From the IMG/VR virus record IMGVR_UViG_3300048911_000270, positions 1,064 through 65,063 of that record: 64,000 nucleotides of DNA. One strand, written 5' to 3'. The notes under the pieces are model-generated. The model saw nothing but the letters and a program-made list of their open reading frames with translations, did not search any database and was not told where the DNA came from. The position numbers were made by a program, and so were the translations under genes. The stretch is from a virus. Each line of letters opens with the position of its first letter. Positions within the stretch are counted from its first letter, which is position 1. This document shows, piece by piece, positions 46,430 to 55,548 of this stretch.

Positions 46430-46725
46430 TGGGACCTCCGGCTGTCCAGGAACTCCACCGCTGCCTCCACGGCCAGATCACGCGTTGCGTGCGGACCGCC
46501 GGGAACGGTCTTCCCGTCGATGCGCGGGATGAACTCACCGTTCACCTGCTTCGGCGTCAGGTTCGCAACCCGGCCGCGTTCGGCCAGGGGAGCCCCCTTC
46601 GGCCGCTCGGGGTCCGCCATGTACTGGGCGATGGAGCGCTGCTCGACCTGGCGATGATCATTGGCCTTGACGACGTACCTGCGGACCGCGTCGGGTTCCA
46701 CGAAGTACACGGCGTAGTACTGCAT
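46426..46725 (-). CDS. Hypothetical protein
   Basis: 99 aa; downstream of the motif at 46756. Confidence 0.55.
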   Translation of the reverse strand: MQYYAVYFVEPDAVRRYVVKANDHRQVEQRSIAQYMADPERPKGAPLAERGRVANLTPKQVNGEFIPRIDGKTVPGGPHATRDLAVEAAVEFLDSRRSQ

Positions 46726-46821
46726 GACGTGTCTCCCTCGGGTGTCTGGGCGAGCTATCTACACTAGCAAAAACAAGGGGGTGGAAAGCCGTAACTTTCC
46801 ACCCCCGGTCAACTGTTGTGC

Positions 46822-47175
46822 TTAGTCCTCGATCGGCAGGTCGTAGAAGTCCATGGCGTCCTGCTTGATCTTCTCCGTGAGCTGCGCCATCAGGAAGGTC
46901 CCGAGACCGTCCGTGGGCTCCACGCTGAAGACCTCGGAGTGGATCATGACGGGGTCGCTGCCCTTGACCTTGTTGGTGAACAGGGAGCCCGTCTTGGCGT
47001 GCAGGAGGGTGATCTCCAGCTTGTTGTTGCTCACGCGGCGGACCGAGAAGACCTCTCCTCGGCTGACGACCTGCTTGCCGTCAACGGCCACCTGGAACGA
47101 GATCTTGTAGCCCGGCCGCACGGCGGCGAAGGGAACCTTGACGGCGGGGACGGTGGCAAGGGAGGAAGAAGGCAT
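46822..47175 (-). CDS. Hypothetical protein
   Basis: 117 aa; downstream of the motif at 47211. Confidence 0.6.
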   Translation of the reverse strand: MPSSSLATVPAVKVPFAAVRPGYKISFQVAVDGKQVVSRGEVFSVRRVSNNKLEITLLHAKTGSLFTNKVKGSDPVMIHSEVFSVEPTDGLGTFLMAQLTEKIKQDAMDFYDLPIED

Positions 47176-47262
47176 TTCCGGTCTCCTAGATGTGGTGTCC
47201 GTGTGTTGATGTATCTACCCTAGCATGTTCCCTCGGGGCTGTCTACACCCGAGGGAAGGCAG

Positions 47263-47445
47263 TCAGCTCGCGGCGGGTTCCGACTCTTCTATGACCTCGA
47301 AGATCGCCCAGCCACTGCCGTACCGCTGGCGGGCGTACATCGTCTTCTGCCCTGTCTTCTTGCGGTAGGCGGCGAGGTCGAGCCAGAGTCGGTCGGCGTC
47401 CTTGAGGGGCAGTTGGCGGCTGACTCGCTCGTAGCGCTTGGCCAT
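47263..47445 (-). CDS. Hypothetical protein
   Basis: 60 aa; first leftward gene; motif at 47482. Confidence 0.55.
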   Translation of the reverse strand: MAKRYERVSRQLPLKDADRLWLDLAAYRKKTGQKTMYARQRYGSGWAIFEVIEESEPAAS

Positions 47446-47514
47446 CGTGAGGTCTCCTTGGTGATGTCCTCGGGGTGTTGATATCTACCCTAGCACATGA
47501 ACGTTTCTTCAGAT

Positions 47515-47792
47515 GGTTACCCCATTCCGAAAGATGAACCCCCCTCGCCTCCTGCGCACACACGCGCACGTATAGGGGCGTACATACAGAGGTAACCAGG
47601 TAACCCACATGCATAAGCGCAGGTCAGAGTACGTATTGAAGAAGTAACTTTTCGGGTAACCACTGGAGTAACCATGAGGTAACCAGAGGGATTTGGCATC
47701 TCAGGGGCTTAGATGATCTTCGTTTGTCCGGACAAAGTCGGGGCGGCTCATGCCGGTTACTTCCCCAGTTACCCCTGCGAGGTAACCCGTGG
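47515..47792. other. Origin-like iteron element, copy B
   Basis: Ten GTAAC/GTTAC repeats; GGTTACCCCATTCCGAAAGATGA and CACATGCAT..CGCAGGTCAGAG shared with 14087-14360; sits at the transcription divergence point. Confidence 0.6.
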
Positions 47793-47868
47793 AGGGCACA
47801 CTTCCCGGTCTCTTCCGGCTCCTTTCGCGGTAGGGTAGAGAAAACCCGAGCACCCGAGGAGACGACGC

Positions 47869-48396
47869 GTGAGCATGGACGAGAAGGACGTACCGCAGGC
47901 GTGGATTGACGCCGCGATGGTCGGAGCGAGCCCCGGCTGCCGGGACGACGCACGGGCATATTTGGCCAAGGCCCGCGACACGATGTTCCAGGACTTCCTG
48001 TGGGGAATCCTGGACGAGGACCCGTGGGTGCGCTGCGCGTGCGGGCAGATGTGGGAAGTGCTGGTGTCCCAGGGCCCCGATGCCGGACACGGACGTACGA
48101 AGTGCCCGGCCGCCGCCGACGCCTCCGTCACGGTTGGCGGAGTCACCCTGTGGCTCTATGAGTGGCGGCTCATGCGCTACGCCGACCAGGCCGGACAGTC
48201 CGGGTGGCACGGGATCACCGGACGGGTGCGGAACTACGAGCGGGGGCTGCACGTCCCGGAAGGCCCGCTGGAGGACACCTATCTGCCGTCGTACTTCTAC
48301 AGCCCCGCGCAGGGGCAGCGGGTCCAGGTGGAGATCTCGTACGACGGTATCCGTAAGGACCCGTTCCTCAGCATGAAGTGGCACAGCCGGAGTTGA
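47869..48396 (+). CDS. Hypothetical protein
   Basis: 175 aa; RBS GAGGAG; followed by a hairpin. Confidence 0.55.
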   Translation: MSMDEKDVPQAWIDAAMVGASPGCRDDARAYLAKARDTMFQDFLWGILDEDPWVRCACGQMWEVLVSQGPDAGHGRTKCPAAADASVTVGGVTLWLYEWRLMRYADQAGQSGWHGITGRVRNYERGLHVPEGPLEDTYLPSYFYSPAQGQRVQVEISYDGIRKDPFLSMKWHSRS

Positions 48397-48522
48397 CGGT
48401 TCGGCGGGGGGTGAAGGGCTCGGTTTCGGCCGGGCCCTTTTTCCGTGCTCGGTTGTATCTACCCTGACAGGGTGCTAGTGTAGATACATCAAGCAGGGAC
48501 ACCAACTCAAGGAGACCCCGTC

Positions 48523-48876
48523 ATGAACGCTCGCACCCGCCAGGCCCGTCGCACCCTCCGCCAGCGCTCGGCCGCCACGCGCTTCACCTCCTCCCTCAAG
48601 CGCGGCCGGTCCATCGCCACGCACGCCATCGCCGCCGGAGTCGCCGAGAGCGACGTCAAGGGCCTCTCGGCAGCCCTCAGCAAGGTCGCCAAGCGCCTGG
48701 AGATCAAGCCCGTCAAGGTCTCGCGCACCCGTAACACGGTCGACGGCAAGGGCGGCCGGAAGGCCAAGCTGCGCAAGGTCAACCACTACACGGCCGCGCA
48801 GGTCCAGCGCCTGAACGCCGCCTACAAGCCGCGTAAGGCGGAGCTGAAGACCGCGAAGCTGACGCTGGCCGCGTAA
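48523..48876 (+). CDS. Highly basic small protein
   Basis: 117 aa; Arg/Lys/Ala-rich; downstream of an inverted motif pair. Confidence 0.7.
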   Translation: MNARTRQARRTLRQRSAATRFTSSLKRGRSIATHAIAAGVAESDVKGLSAALSKVAKRLEIKPVKVSRTRNTVDGKGGRKAKLRKVNHYTAAQVQRLNAAYKPRKAELKTAKLTLAA

Positions 48877-48994
48877 GACCTCCTGAAACCCCGGCCCGAC
48901 GGATCTAAGGTAGATACATCGGGCCGGGGCTCCCCGGGCTGTCAGACCCGCCCGATAGCGTCGGAAGCCACCCACCCCTGAGGAGAGTTACCTC

Positions 48995-49453
48995 ATGAGC
49001 ACCCAGAACGAAGCCGAACGCCCCGCCTCCTGGCCCTACCTGACCATGCCCGAACAGCACCACTTCGTCGGTGACTGGAAGATGGGCATGTCCGCCGGAG
49101 GCTCCATGGTCATCTGGCCCTCCAACAAGCCGTTCCCCGCCTCCCTGCACCTGATCGAGGCGTTCCGGGGCACGAAGGAAGAACTGGAGCGCTTCCAGGT
49201 GACCTTCTGCCGCCACGGCTGGGAGAAGGACCCGCTGCACAAGTACCAGGACAACGACACCTGGCTCTTCAACTGGGCCCCCGGCACCCTTGCGCAGGTC
49301 TACATCGCCGGGCAGTGCGCCAAGCTGCTCTTCGCCGGGCAGTACAACGAGGCGTGGGAGGTCGGGCACCGGTTCCGGGACGCGATCCAGGACGCGGAGA
49401 ATGGCGCCGTGGTGGACGGTCAGGCCCGAGCGACCGGGGTGAAGGCCGAGTGA
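48995..49453 (+). CDS. Hypothetical protein
   Basis: 152 aa; RBS GAGGAG. Confidence 0.6.
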   Translation: MSTQNEAERPASWPYLTMPEQHHFVGDWKMGMSAGGSMVIWPSNKPFPASLHLIEAFRGTKEELERFQVTFCRHGWEKDPLHKYQDNDTWLFNWAPGTLAQVYIAGQCAKLLFAGQYNEAWEVGHRFRDAIQDAENGAVVDGQARATGVKAE

Positions 49454-49620
49454 CCCCCGAGGAGGAGCCCGAGGGCTGCACGTGGCAGGTGGGCGGGAAC
49501 TACCTGGACACCCCGCCGGAGTACTGCGAGCTGGAGTCTGACGGCGAGTACTGCCCCAAGCACACGGCAATGGCCGCCGCCATGGCGGAACTTGACACAC
49601 CGTGCGAAGCATCCGGGTAG
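49450..49620 (+). CDS. Small Cys-containing hypothetical protein
   Basis: GTG overlaps upstream TGA; C.W...YC...YCPKH. Confidence 0.5.
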   Translation: MTPEEEPEGCTWQVGGNYLDTPPEYCELESDGEYCPKHTAMAAAMAELDTPCEASG

Positions 49621-49727
49621 CCCGTGTGAAGTTGTAGGCGCTCAGGGGGAGTGATCTTGCGATCACTCCCCCTGATTGCGTAGGATAGATATAAAGTACC
49701 CACGCGTCTGACCAGGGAGATTACGCC

Positions 49728-49964
49728 ATGCCTACCACCATCGGCCGGAACCGCCGCCAGTACGTCATCAACGTCAAGGAAGCGTTCACCGCCTGCCTCC
49801 ACTACAACCCGGAGACCGGCGAGATGGACCCGGTCCCTGCCTCCGAAGCCTGGGACCTGCTGGAACGCGCCAAGAACGCCCGGCTGCTGGAGTCGGACGA
49901 CCAGAAGTCCTACACCATCCGTCTCGGCAACGACTTTTACGAGCTGCGGCAGCCCAGCGCGTGA
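49728..49964 (+). CDS. Hypothetical protein
   Basis: 78 aa; downstream of a motif variant at 49679. Confidence 0.6.
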   Translation: MPTTIGRNRRQYVINVKEAFTACLHYNPETGEMDPVPASEAWDLLERAKNARLLESDDQKSYTIRLGNDFYELRQPSA

Positions 49965-50241
49965 GGGGCTACTACAACGTCACCTGCGCCGAGTGCGGGG
50001 ACTCCTGGGCGGGCTGGCTCGAAGGTTTCTACCGGCTCTGTCATCGTCACGCGAAGACCGGGGCCCGCTGGGTCTCCGAGGGCTGGTGGCTGGGTGATTA
50101 GCATTTTGTAGGTGACGAATCTCCGGGCCGCGCTCCGGTTCATCTCTCCTGGTAGATGAGCTGGGGCGCGGTTTTTTGTGCCCGTTACTACCTTTGTCTG
50201 ATAGGGTAGATATAACTTTCCGAAATGATCTTGGAGCCGAC

Positions 50242-50667
50242 ATGCCCGAACACATCGACACCAACGACCCCGACACCCCCGAAGGCACCGCCCACAGCGA
50301 AGAACTCGACATCGCCGTCTACTACCCCGACGACAACCGGTGGGCCCTCACCAGCACCGCGATCACCGACCTCGCCGACGGCCGGGAAAAGCTCGCCGCC
50401 CGGCGCAACAGCAACAGGAAACGCCCTCTCCGCTTCAAGCTGGTCGTCGTCAACCGCACCGTCCGCATCACCGAGGTCCCCGACGAAGGGCCGGTCACCT
50501 GGCGCGTCACCGCCATCGGTGTCGCCGGAACCGAGTTCACCTACGTCGTGGAAGCCCCCACCCCGGAAACCGCCATGGCCCTCGCCTACGCCCGGCACGG
50601 CAACCGTCTGCGCAAAGAGCACGCCCTCGAAGCCCTCGGCCCCGGCTGCTACGCCACCCGCCTCTAA
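50242..50667 (+). CDS. Hypothetical protein
   Basis: 141 aa; downstream of the motif at 50200. Confidence 0.6.
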   Translation: MPEHIDTNDPDTPEGTAHSEELDIAVYYPDDNRWALTSTAITDLADGREKLAARRNSNRKRPLRFKLVVVNRTVRITEVPDEGPVTWRVTAIGVAGTEFTYVVEAPTPETAMALAYARHGNRLRKEHALEALGPGCYATRL

Positions 50668-50688
50668 CCCGGAAGGAACCCCGACACC

Positions 50689-50895
50689 ATGGCCAAGCAA
50701 TCCGAAGTCATCGGCGAGCGCACCCACAACAGCAAAGCCGTCTACACCAGTTGGATCCGCAAGATCGGCAAATCCACCTACCGTTTCAAGATCACCGACC
50801 GCTCCGACGGCTACTGGAACATCCGCGTAGACCGCTCCCTCGGACGCGGCTGGGAGACCGTCCACCACTGGCCCACCGGGAACGAGGACACCTGA
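50689..50895 (+). CDS. Hypothetical protein
   Basis: 68 aa; RBS GGAAGGA. Confidence 0.55.
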   Translation: MAKQSEVIGERTHNSKAVYTSWIRKIGKSTYRFKITDRSDGYWNIRVDRSLGRGWETVHHWPTGNEDT

Positions 50896-51287
50896 TGGGG
50901 GGCCGTTGGAAGGGCCGGAAGTGGTGCCCCACCCTCGGAAAGATCAAGTACGCCGACGAAGACGCCGCCACCACGGCCGCAGCCGATCAGACCGAGAAGT
51001 ACGGCACCCGGTTCAAGCCGTACCTGTGCTCCTGCGAGTGGTGGCACACCTACAGCGTCGCCAAGGGCCGGGCCATCGACAACGCCCGGGAACCCCGCAA
51101 CGCCCGCAGGCGCCGCAGCAAGCGCGGAGAACCGCCCGTCGGACCGCGCCCACCGGACCCCGAAAAAGTTCAGAGAGTCGTGGACAACGCCCTCGCCCGG
51201 CGCCGTCGAAGGCGCGTACAGAAGTCCATGCCCTTCTTCGTCTGGGCAGACGACGGAGGGGCCTTTCACCCCGAGGAGGGGGTCTGA
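50895..51287 (+). CDS. Hypothetical basic Zn-finger-like protein
   Basis: CPTLGKIKYADE..A...PYLCSCEWWH. Confidence 0.55.
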   Translation: MGGRWKGRKWCPTLGKIKYADEDAATTAAADQTEKYGTRFKPYLCSCEWWHTYSVAKGRAIDNAREPRNARRRRSKRGEPPVGPRPPDPEKVQRVVDNALARRRRRRVQKSMPFFVWADDGGAFHPEEGV

Positions 51288-51775
51288 TGCTCCAGCTCCG
51301 AGACGCAGAGATCTTCGATATGGACGGGACGCTGTGTGACGTCCGGTCCATCCGCCACCTGATACACGGCCCCGGTGGCTTCGACGCGTTCCACCGGGCG
51401 TCCGTCAACTGCCCGCCGCACGACTGGGTTGTTGAGGCCGCCAGACAGGCCCGGAGGGACGGGAAAGCCGTCCTGATCGTGACCGGCCGGTCCACGAAGT
51501 ACCGCAACGTCACAGCGATGTGGCTTGCCCTGCACGGCGTGCCCTCCGACGTCCTGTGGATGCGGCGTGCCGGGGACATGCGCAAGGACGTGATGGTCAA
51601 GCGGGACATCCTGCGGCGCATCCGGAATCTGTACAACCCGGTGCACGCCTGGGACGACAACCCGGCGATCCTCGACCTGTGGGAGGCGGAGAACATCCCC
51701 TTCACCGTGGTCCCGGGCTGGGTGGACTTGATACCACCGTCGGACGCCGTCCAGTTGGGGTTTGAGGAGGAATGA
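51287..51775 (+). CDS. Polynucleotide 3'-phosphatase (T4 Pnk C-terminal HAD-like)
   Basis: IFDMDGTL, IVTGR, LWMRRAGDMRKD..VK, AWDDNP. Confidence 0.85.
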   Translation: MLQLRDAEIFDMDGTLCDVRSIRHLIHGPGGFDAFHRASVNCPPHDWVVEAARQARRDGKAVLIVTGRSTKYRNVTAMWLALHGVPSDVLWMRRAGDMRKDVMVKRDILRRIRNLYNPVHAWDDNPAILDLWEAENIPFTVVPGWVDLIPPSDAVQLGFEEE

Positions 51776-51954
51776 GCATGCAGGACGCCGAGCACATACC
51801 GGTGATGGTGTACGCCCGCGACGACGAATTCCAGGTCGGGGTGCCTGCCGAGATCTGTTACGCGTGCAGCGACACGGATGCCGGGCGGCTGGTCCCCGCG
51901 TCGTTCTGCGAGCGGGCCAAGGCCCGTCTGGACCCCGCTCCGTGGGAGTCCTGA
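51772..51954 (+). CDS. Small CxxC protein
   Basis: EICYACSD...VPASFC. Confidence 0.5.
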   Translation: MSMQDAEHIPVMVYARDDEFQVGVPAEICYACSDTDAGRLVPASFCERAKARLDPAPWES

Positions 51955-52089
51955 CGGGATTCGGCATTTGCCAGGGAAACGTGACTGCGCCAACCTAGAG
52001 TGACTGCGAGTGAGTTGACGCTCACTCAGCATGAGTGCTAGGGTAGATATAAGGCAGTCGCCTTACCCACCCACAGAAGGGACCACCCC

Positions 52090-52221
52090 ATGTTCGTGTA
52101 CGACGAACGCCTTCAGATGAACGTCCTCGCCGACGGCACCGCACTGATCGACACCGGGCACGCCCTCGGCTACAGCATCTGCCAGGGCGGCGACGACGAC
52201 GTCCCCCGGGAAGATGACTAG
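52090..52221 (+). CDS. Putative ATP-grasp RiPP (graspetide) precursor peptide
   Basis: 43 aa, MFVYDERLQMNVLADGTALIDTGHALGYSICQGGDDDVPREDD; YD..xQ leader and acidic tail; RBS AGAAGG; stop overlaps the ligase ATG. Confidence 0.8.
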   Translation: MFVYDERLQMNVLADGTALIDTGHALGYSICQGGDDDVPREDD

Positions 52222-53119
52222 CCGTACCCCGGTCGTCGTGATCGTCACCTCCCGGAAAGACGTACCCGCCGACATGGTGGTACGCCTCCTGGGAGGTGAC
52301 GGTTTTCCGGTCGACGTCCACCGCGTCGACCCGGCCGACATAGAGACCGGCTACCTCAAGCTCCGCGCCGTTCTGCGTCAGGGGCGCTGCACCTTCACCC
52401 TTTCCGACCCCCACCGCACCACCGAGTCGGACCGGATCGCCGCCATCTGGTGGCGCAAGCCGATGACCACCACCAGCAACGAGGGCCACGCCCAGCTAGA
52501 GGGCCTGCTGAGGACGCTGGACGGGGTCAGGTGGCTCAACCACCCCGACATCAACACCAAGGCCGCCCACAAGCCCGTGCAGCTCCTGCGGGCCCACCAG
52601 GCGGGCCTGAGGGTCCCGGAGACCGTACTTCCCGCCGGGTCCCAATCCCTCGCCTCCGTGTTCTCCGCGTCGCACGCGGCCGGGGCCGTGGCCAAGACCC
52701 TCGCCATCAAGGGCGGCGTCACCTGGGTCACCGGGGACTGGGAATCCAGCCTCGCCGCCGGTCCCATCGCACTCCAGGAGCGCGTGGCCAAGGACTACGA
52801 CGTCAGGGTCACAGCAGTGGACGGCAAACTCTTCGCCGCGACCGTTACCCCGCCCAACGGGGAAGTCGACTGGCGCCGCGTCCAGGAGGACTGCGTCTAC
52901 TGGCCCATCGCCGTCCCCGAGGACGTCGCCCGGGGCATCTCCATCTACCTGGAGATGCAGAACCTGACCTACGGCGCGTTCGACTTCGCGGTCGACGGGG
53001 AGGGGCAGTGGTGGTTCCTGGAGTGCAACCCGAACGGGCAGTCCGCGTTCATCGAGATCCGCACGGGCCTGCCCATCGCCCAGGCGCTCGCCGAAACCCT
53101 GGCGGTCGCTCCGAGTTAA
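52214..53119 (+). CDS. ATP-grasp ribosomal peptide maturase (MvdC/SAV_5884-like)
   Basis: IWWRKP, WLNHP..K..QL..A...GLRVPET, LQERVAKDYDVRVT, DWR, YGAFDFAV...WWFLECNPNGQ. Confidence 0.92.
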   Translation: MTSRTPVVVIVTSRKDVPADMVVRLLGGDGFPVDVHRVDPADIETGYLKLRAVLRQGRCTFTLSDPHRTTESDRIAAIWWRKPMTTTSNEGHAQLEGLLRTLDGVRWLNHPDINTKAAHKPVQLLRAHQAGLRVPETVLPAGSQSLASVFSASHAAGAVAKTLAIKGGVTWVTGDWESSLAAGPIALQERVAKDYDVRVTAVDGKLFAATVTPPNGEVDWRRVQEDCVYWPIAVPEDVARGISIYLEMQNLTYGAFDFAVDGEGQWWFLECNPNGQSAFIEIRTGLPIAQALAETLAVAPS

Positions 53120-53155
53120 TCCATGCACGACCTTCCCAATCCAGGAGGTACGACC

Positions 53156-53296
53156 ATGGCACACCGCGTGATCTGGTATCAGAGTGAGGATGAGGACGTC
53201 CCGAGAGTCCGTCACAAGGGGGTGCCCGTCCGTACCGTCGAGATAGTCGCGCTTTGGGCTGTAATCACCCTGGTTATGTGGAAGGGCTGCTTTTAG
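53156..53296 (+). CDS. Small C-terminally membrane-anchored peptide
   Basis: MAHRVIWYQSEDEDVPRVRHKGVPVRTVEIVALWAVITLVMWKGCF; RBS GGAGG. Confidence 0.6.
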   Translation: MAHRVIWYQSEDEDVPRVRHKGVPVRTVEIVALWAVITLVMWKGCF

Positions 53297-53351
53297 CGGC
53301 GTTGTCAGTGGTACGTCCTAGGGTGTGGGCACCGAGCAACTGGAGGTGTCC

Positions 53352-53552
53352 ATGTCCCAGGACCAGGCAGTAGGAACGCTGGGAGAGGCCCCGCTGGGGC
53401 TTCTGCTGGCGGCGGCTGAAGAAGAGGTCCGGCAGCTAGGTCAACGGCTGTCGGACCGTGGCGTTTTGGCGTCCGATCCGGTGGCCGCCGAGCTGCTGGT
53501 CCGGGTCCGTGCGTGCCTTCTGGTGGCGGGTGAGCGGGTGGATTCTGCCTGA
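53352..53552 (+). CDS. Hypothetical protein
   Basis: 66 aa; RBS GGAGG. Confidence 0.5.
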   Translation: MSQDQAVGTLGEAPLGLLLAAAEEEVRQLGQRLSDRGVLASDPVAAELLVRVRACLLVAGERVDSA

Positions 53553-53630
53553 TGACCGAGGGGGCGGGGGTGTACTCTCCGCCCCCTTAGTGCTAGGGTA
53601 GATACATCGTCACAACGTTTGGAGAAAGCC

Positions 53631-54398
53631 ATGTCCCAGGTCTTCAACCTCACCGGCCGCGAGCGCCACAAGCTGAACAGCGGCTACAAGTTCGGCAGCA
53701 AGATCAACGTCTGGGGCAACGACACCGCCCTGATCGCGAGCCTCACCGAACGCGGCCTCGTGGAGAAGGACCCCGACGGCCCCTACGTCCTGCTCACCGA
53801 CCTCGGCCGCATCGCGATGGACTTCATCGCCTCCAAGCGGGAAGAGGAACGGGAGGTCTGGGCCGTCGCGCTGGCCACCGTGAAGGAGATCGAGAGCACC
53901 CACGAGGCGTACGCCGGAACCTCCCGCGACGGCGCCACGTACACCCACCACGAGGACGGCACCATCGACGTCCGCACCGTCTACAAGGCCGGGAACCAGG
54001 ACGGCTCCGACTCCGTGTTCACCGTCACCGCGACGCGGCACCCGAAAGCCGTCCACAAGGGTGAGCCGGTCATCACGGTCACCATCGATGAGACCGTGAC
54101 CCACGCCGACGACTTCTGGGGACCCGGCGGCCCGCGCGACGAGGACGACCCCGCCTGCCGCGTCGTCGTCAACAACGTCCACTACATCATCGTCCCGGAC
54201 ACGAACAGCCGCTTCCAGGGCCACGGCGGCGCGGTGTTCGAGATCGCGTTCCACGACGGCCGCCGCGTCACCTCCCGCAACCTCTGGACCCAGGGCAAGA
54301 TCCCCCCGAAGTGGCGCGACCGCTTCCCCAACAACGCCGAGTTCATCCAGCGTGACCGCCCGTCCCTCGCCGACCAGTTGGGCCTCAAGGCCATCTGA
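53631..54398 (+). CDS. Hypothetical protein with wHTH-like N-terminus
   Basis: ASLTERGLVE...VLLTDLGR; downstream of the motif at 53590. Confidence 0.6.
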   Translation: MSQVFNLTGRERHKLNSGYKFGSKINVWGNDTALIASLTERGLVEKDPDGPYVLLTDLGRIAMDFIASKREEEREVWAVALATVKEIESTHEAYAGTSRDGATYTHHEDGTIDVRTVYKAGNQDGSDSVFTVTATRHPKAVHKGEPVITVTIDETVTHADDFWGPGGPRDEDDPACRVVVNNVHYIIVPDTNSRFQGHGGAVFEIAFHDGRRVTSRNLWTQGKIPPKWRDRFPNNAEFIQRDRPSLADQLGLKAI

Positions 54399-54530
54399 CG
54401 CTACGATGCATGCTGTCTTTGACGAGACGGTGAAAGGCCCGCACGGCTGCTGTTCCTGTTCGCGCAGGAAGCCGGTGCGGGTCTTTCTCGTTTCTCCCGG
54501 ATCCGGGAAACCTCGTGGTGGACTACGGGC

Positions 54531-54689
54531 ATGGACAAGACGCACGCTGTGACGATCATCTACAACGGCAACAACCCCGACGTCCTGGAATGGCTCCAGA
54601 AGATCAACTCCCAGGCCAGCCACCCGCGTTTCCAGGGGGGCATCGTGATCGGGGAGCCGTACCTGCTAAACGACCCGACGGCGGACTGA
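54531..54689 (+). CDS. Small hypothetical protein
   Basis: 52 aa, MDKTHAVTIIYNG... Confidence 0.4.
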   Translation: MDKTHAVTIIYNGNNPDVLEWLQKINSQASHPRFQGGIVIGEPYLLNDPTAD

Positions 54690-54971
54690 AAGGATGCTAG
54701 TCTCTTACCTGTCGGGCCAAGAGGTCCGGAAGTAGGGTCGGATCCCTCGCGGGATAGCGAGCATCCGGCCCCGCGCCCGAGGGCGACGGTCTTCGGGTGG
54801 GATTCGGGTGGCCGCGCTTCGTGTTGGAGGTCTCCCTGACGTACGGGTGGCGGGGCCGCGTACGCACCCTGGAACAACCGCCTCATCCGGTGCTCACCCA
54901 CCGGGCGGGGCGGTTTTCCTTTGCCCCCAAATATGCTAGGGTAGATACATCACCTAGCGAGGAGAACACCC

Positions 54972-55235
54972 ATGCTGCGACGCATCACCACCCGAGCCGA
55001 ACTCCAGGAACTCACCAAGGAGTTGGGCGTCGCCGGAGACTGGCACGAGAACGACCAGATGGACGTCACCGCCACCCTCCACGGAACCAGCTTCGACACC
55101 GCCGGATTCTGGCCGGAGGACCCCAAGCGGAACACGGCCACCGAGCAGCACGTCATCCTCTACAAGGAGGGTGAGCCGGTCGCGGCCGTCAACATCGCGA
55201 TGCTGTTCGCCTGGGCCAACGGCTACGGGGACTGA
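54972..55235 (+). CDS. Hypothetical protein
   Basis: 87 aa; downstream of the motif at 54933. Confidence 0.6.
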   Translation: MLRRITTRAELQELTKELGVAGDWHENDQMDVTATLHGTSFDTAGFWPEDPKRNTATEQHVILYKEGEPVAAVNIAMLFAWANGYGD

Positions 55236-55394
55236 CCCTGCTAGGCTGTCACCGCTAACTCGGTTGCGCTAGGCCGGGGTAGACATCCGGAGAGCCCCGC
55301 CGTAGGAGCCCCGCCGAGAGGCTATGGGGTGACCGCAAGGCGGGGTTTTCTGTTGCCCGCAGGCCCTGCCGAAAGCATGTGCTAGGGTAGATCC

Positions 55395-55548
55395 AATGGT
55401 TGGATTGGTGAGCGTAGACCGCGTTCGATTCCGGTCGTCCCCCTGGCGGGGGTGTGGGGTTCAATTCCCCTTCACCATCGGTGGCAAAAAGCGAGGGCCG
55501 CGCGCCTGATGACCGCGCAGAGGGGTTCGAATCCCCTCCCAACCATTA
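55395..55548 (+). ncRNA. tRNA-mimic structured RNA with three T-loops
   Basis: Own promoter motif and terminator; acceptor-like GGTTGG/CCAACC plus T-arm GAGGGG-TTCGAAT-CCCCTC; two extra GTTCRATTC hairpins. Confidence 0.72.

Noticed and set aside
55506-55512. CTGATGA as a hammerhead ribozyme core
   Set aside because: No matching GAAA core or three-stem junction; it sits in a 9 nt hairpin loop.
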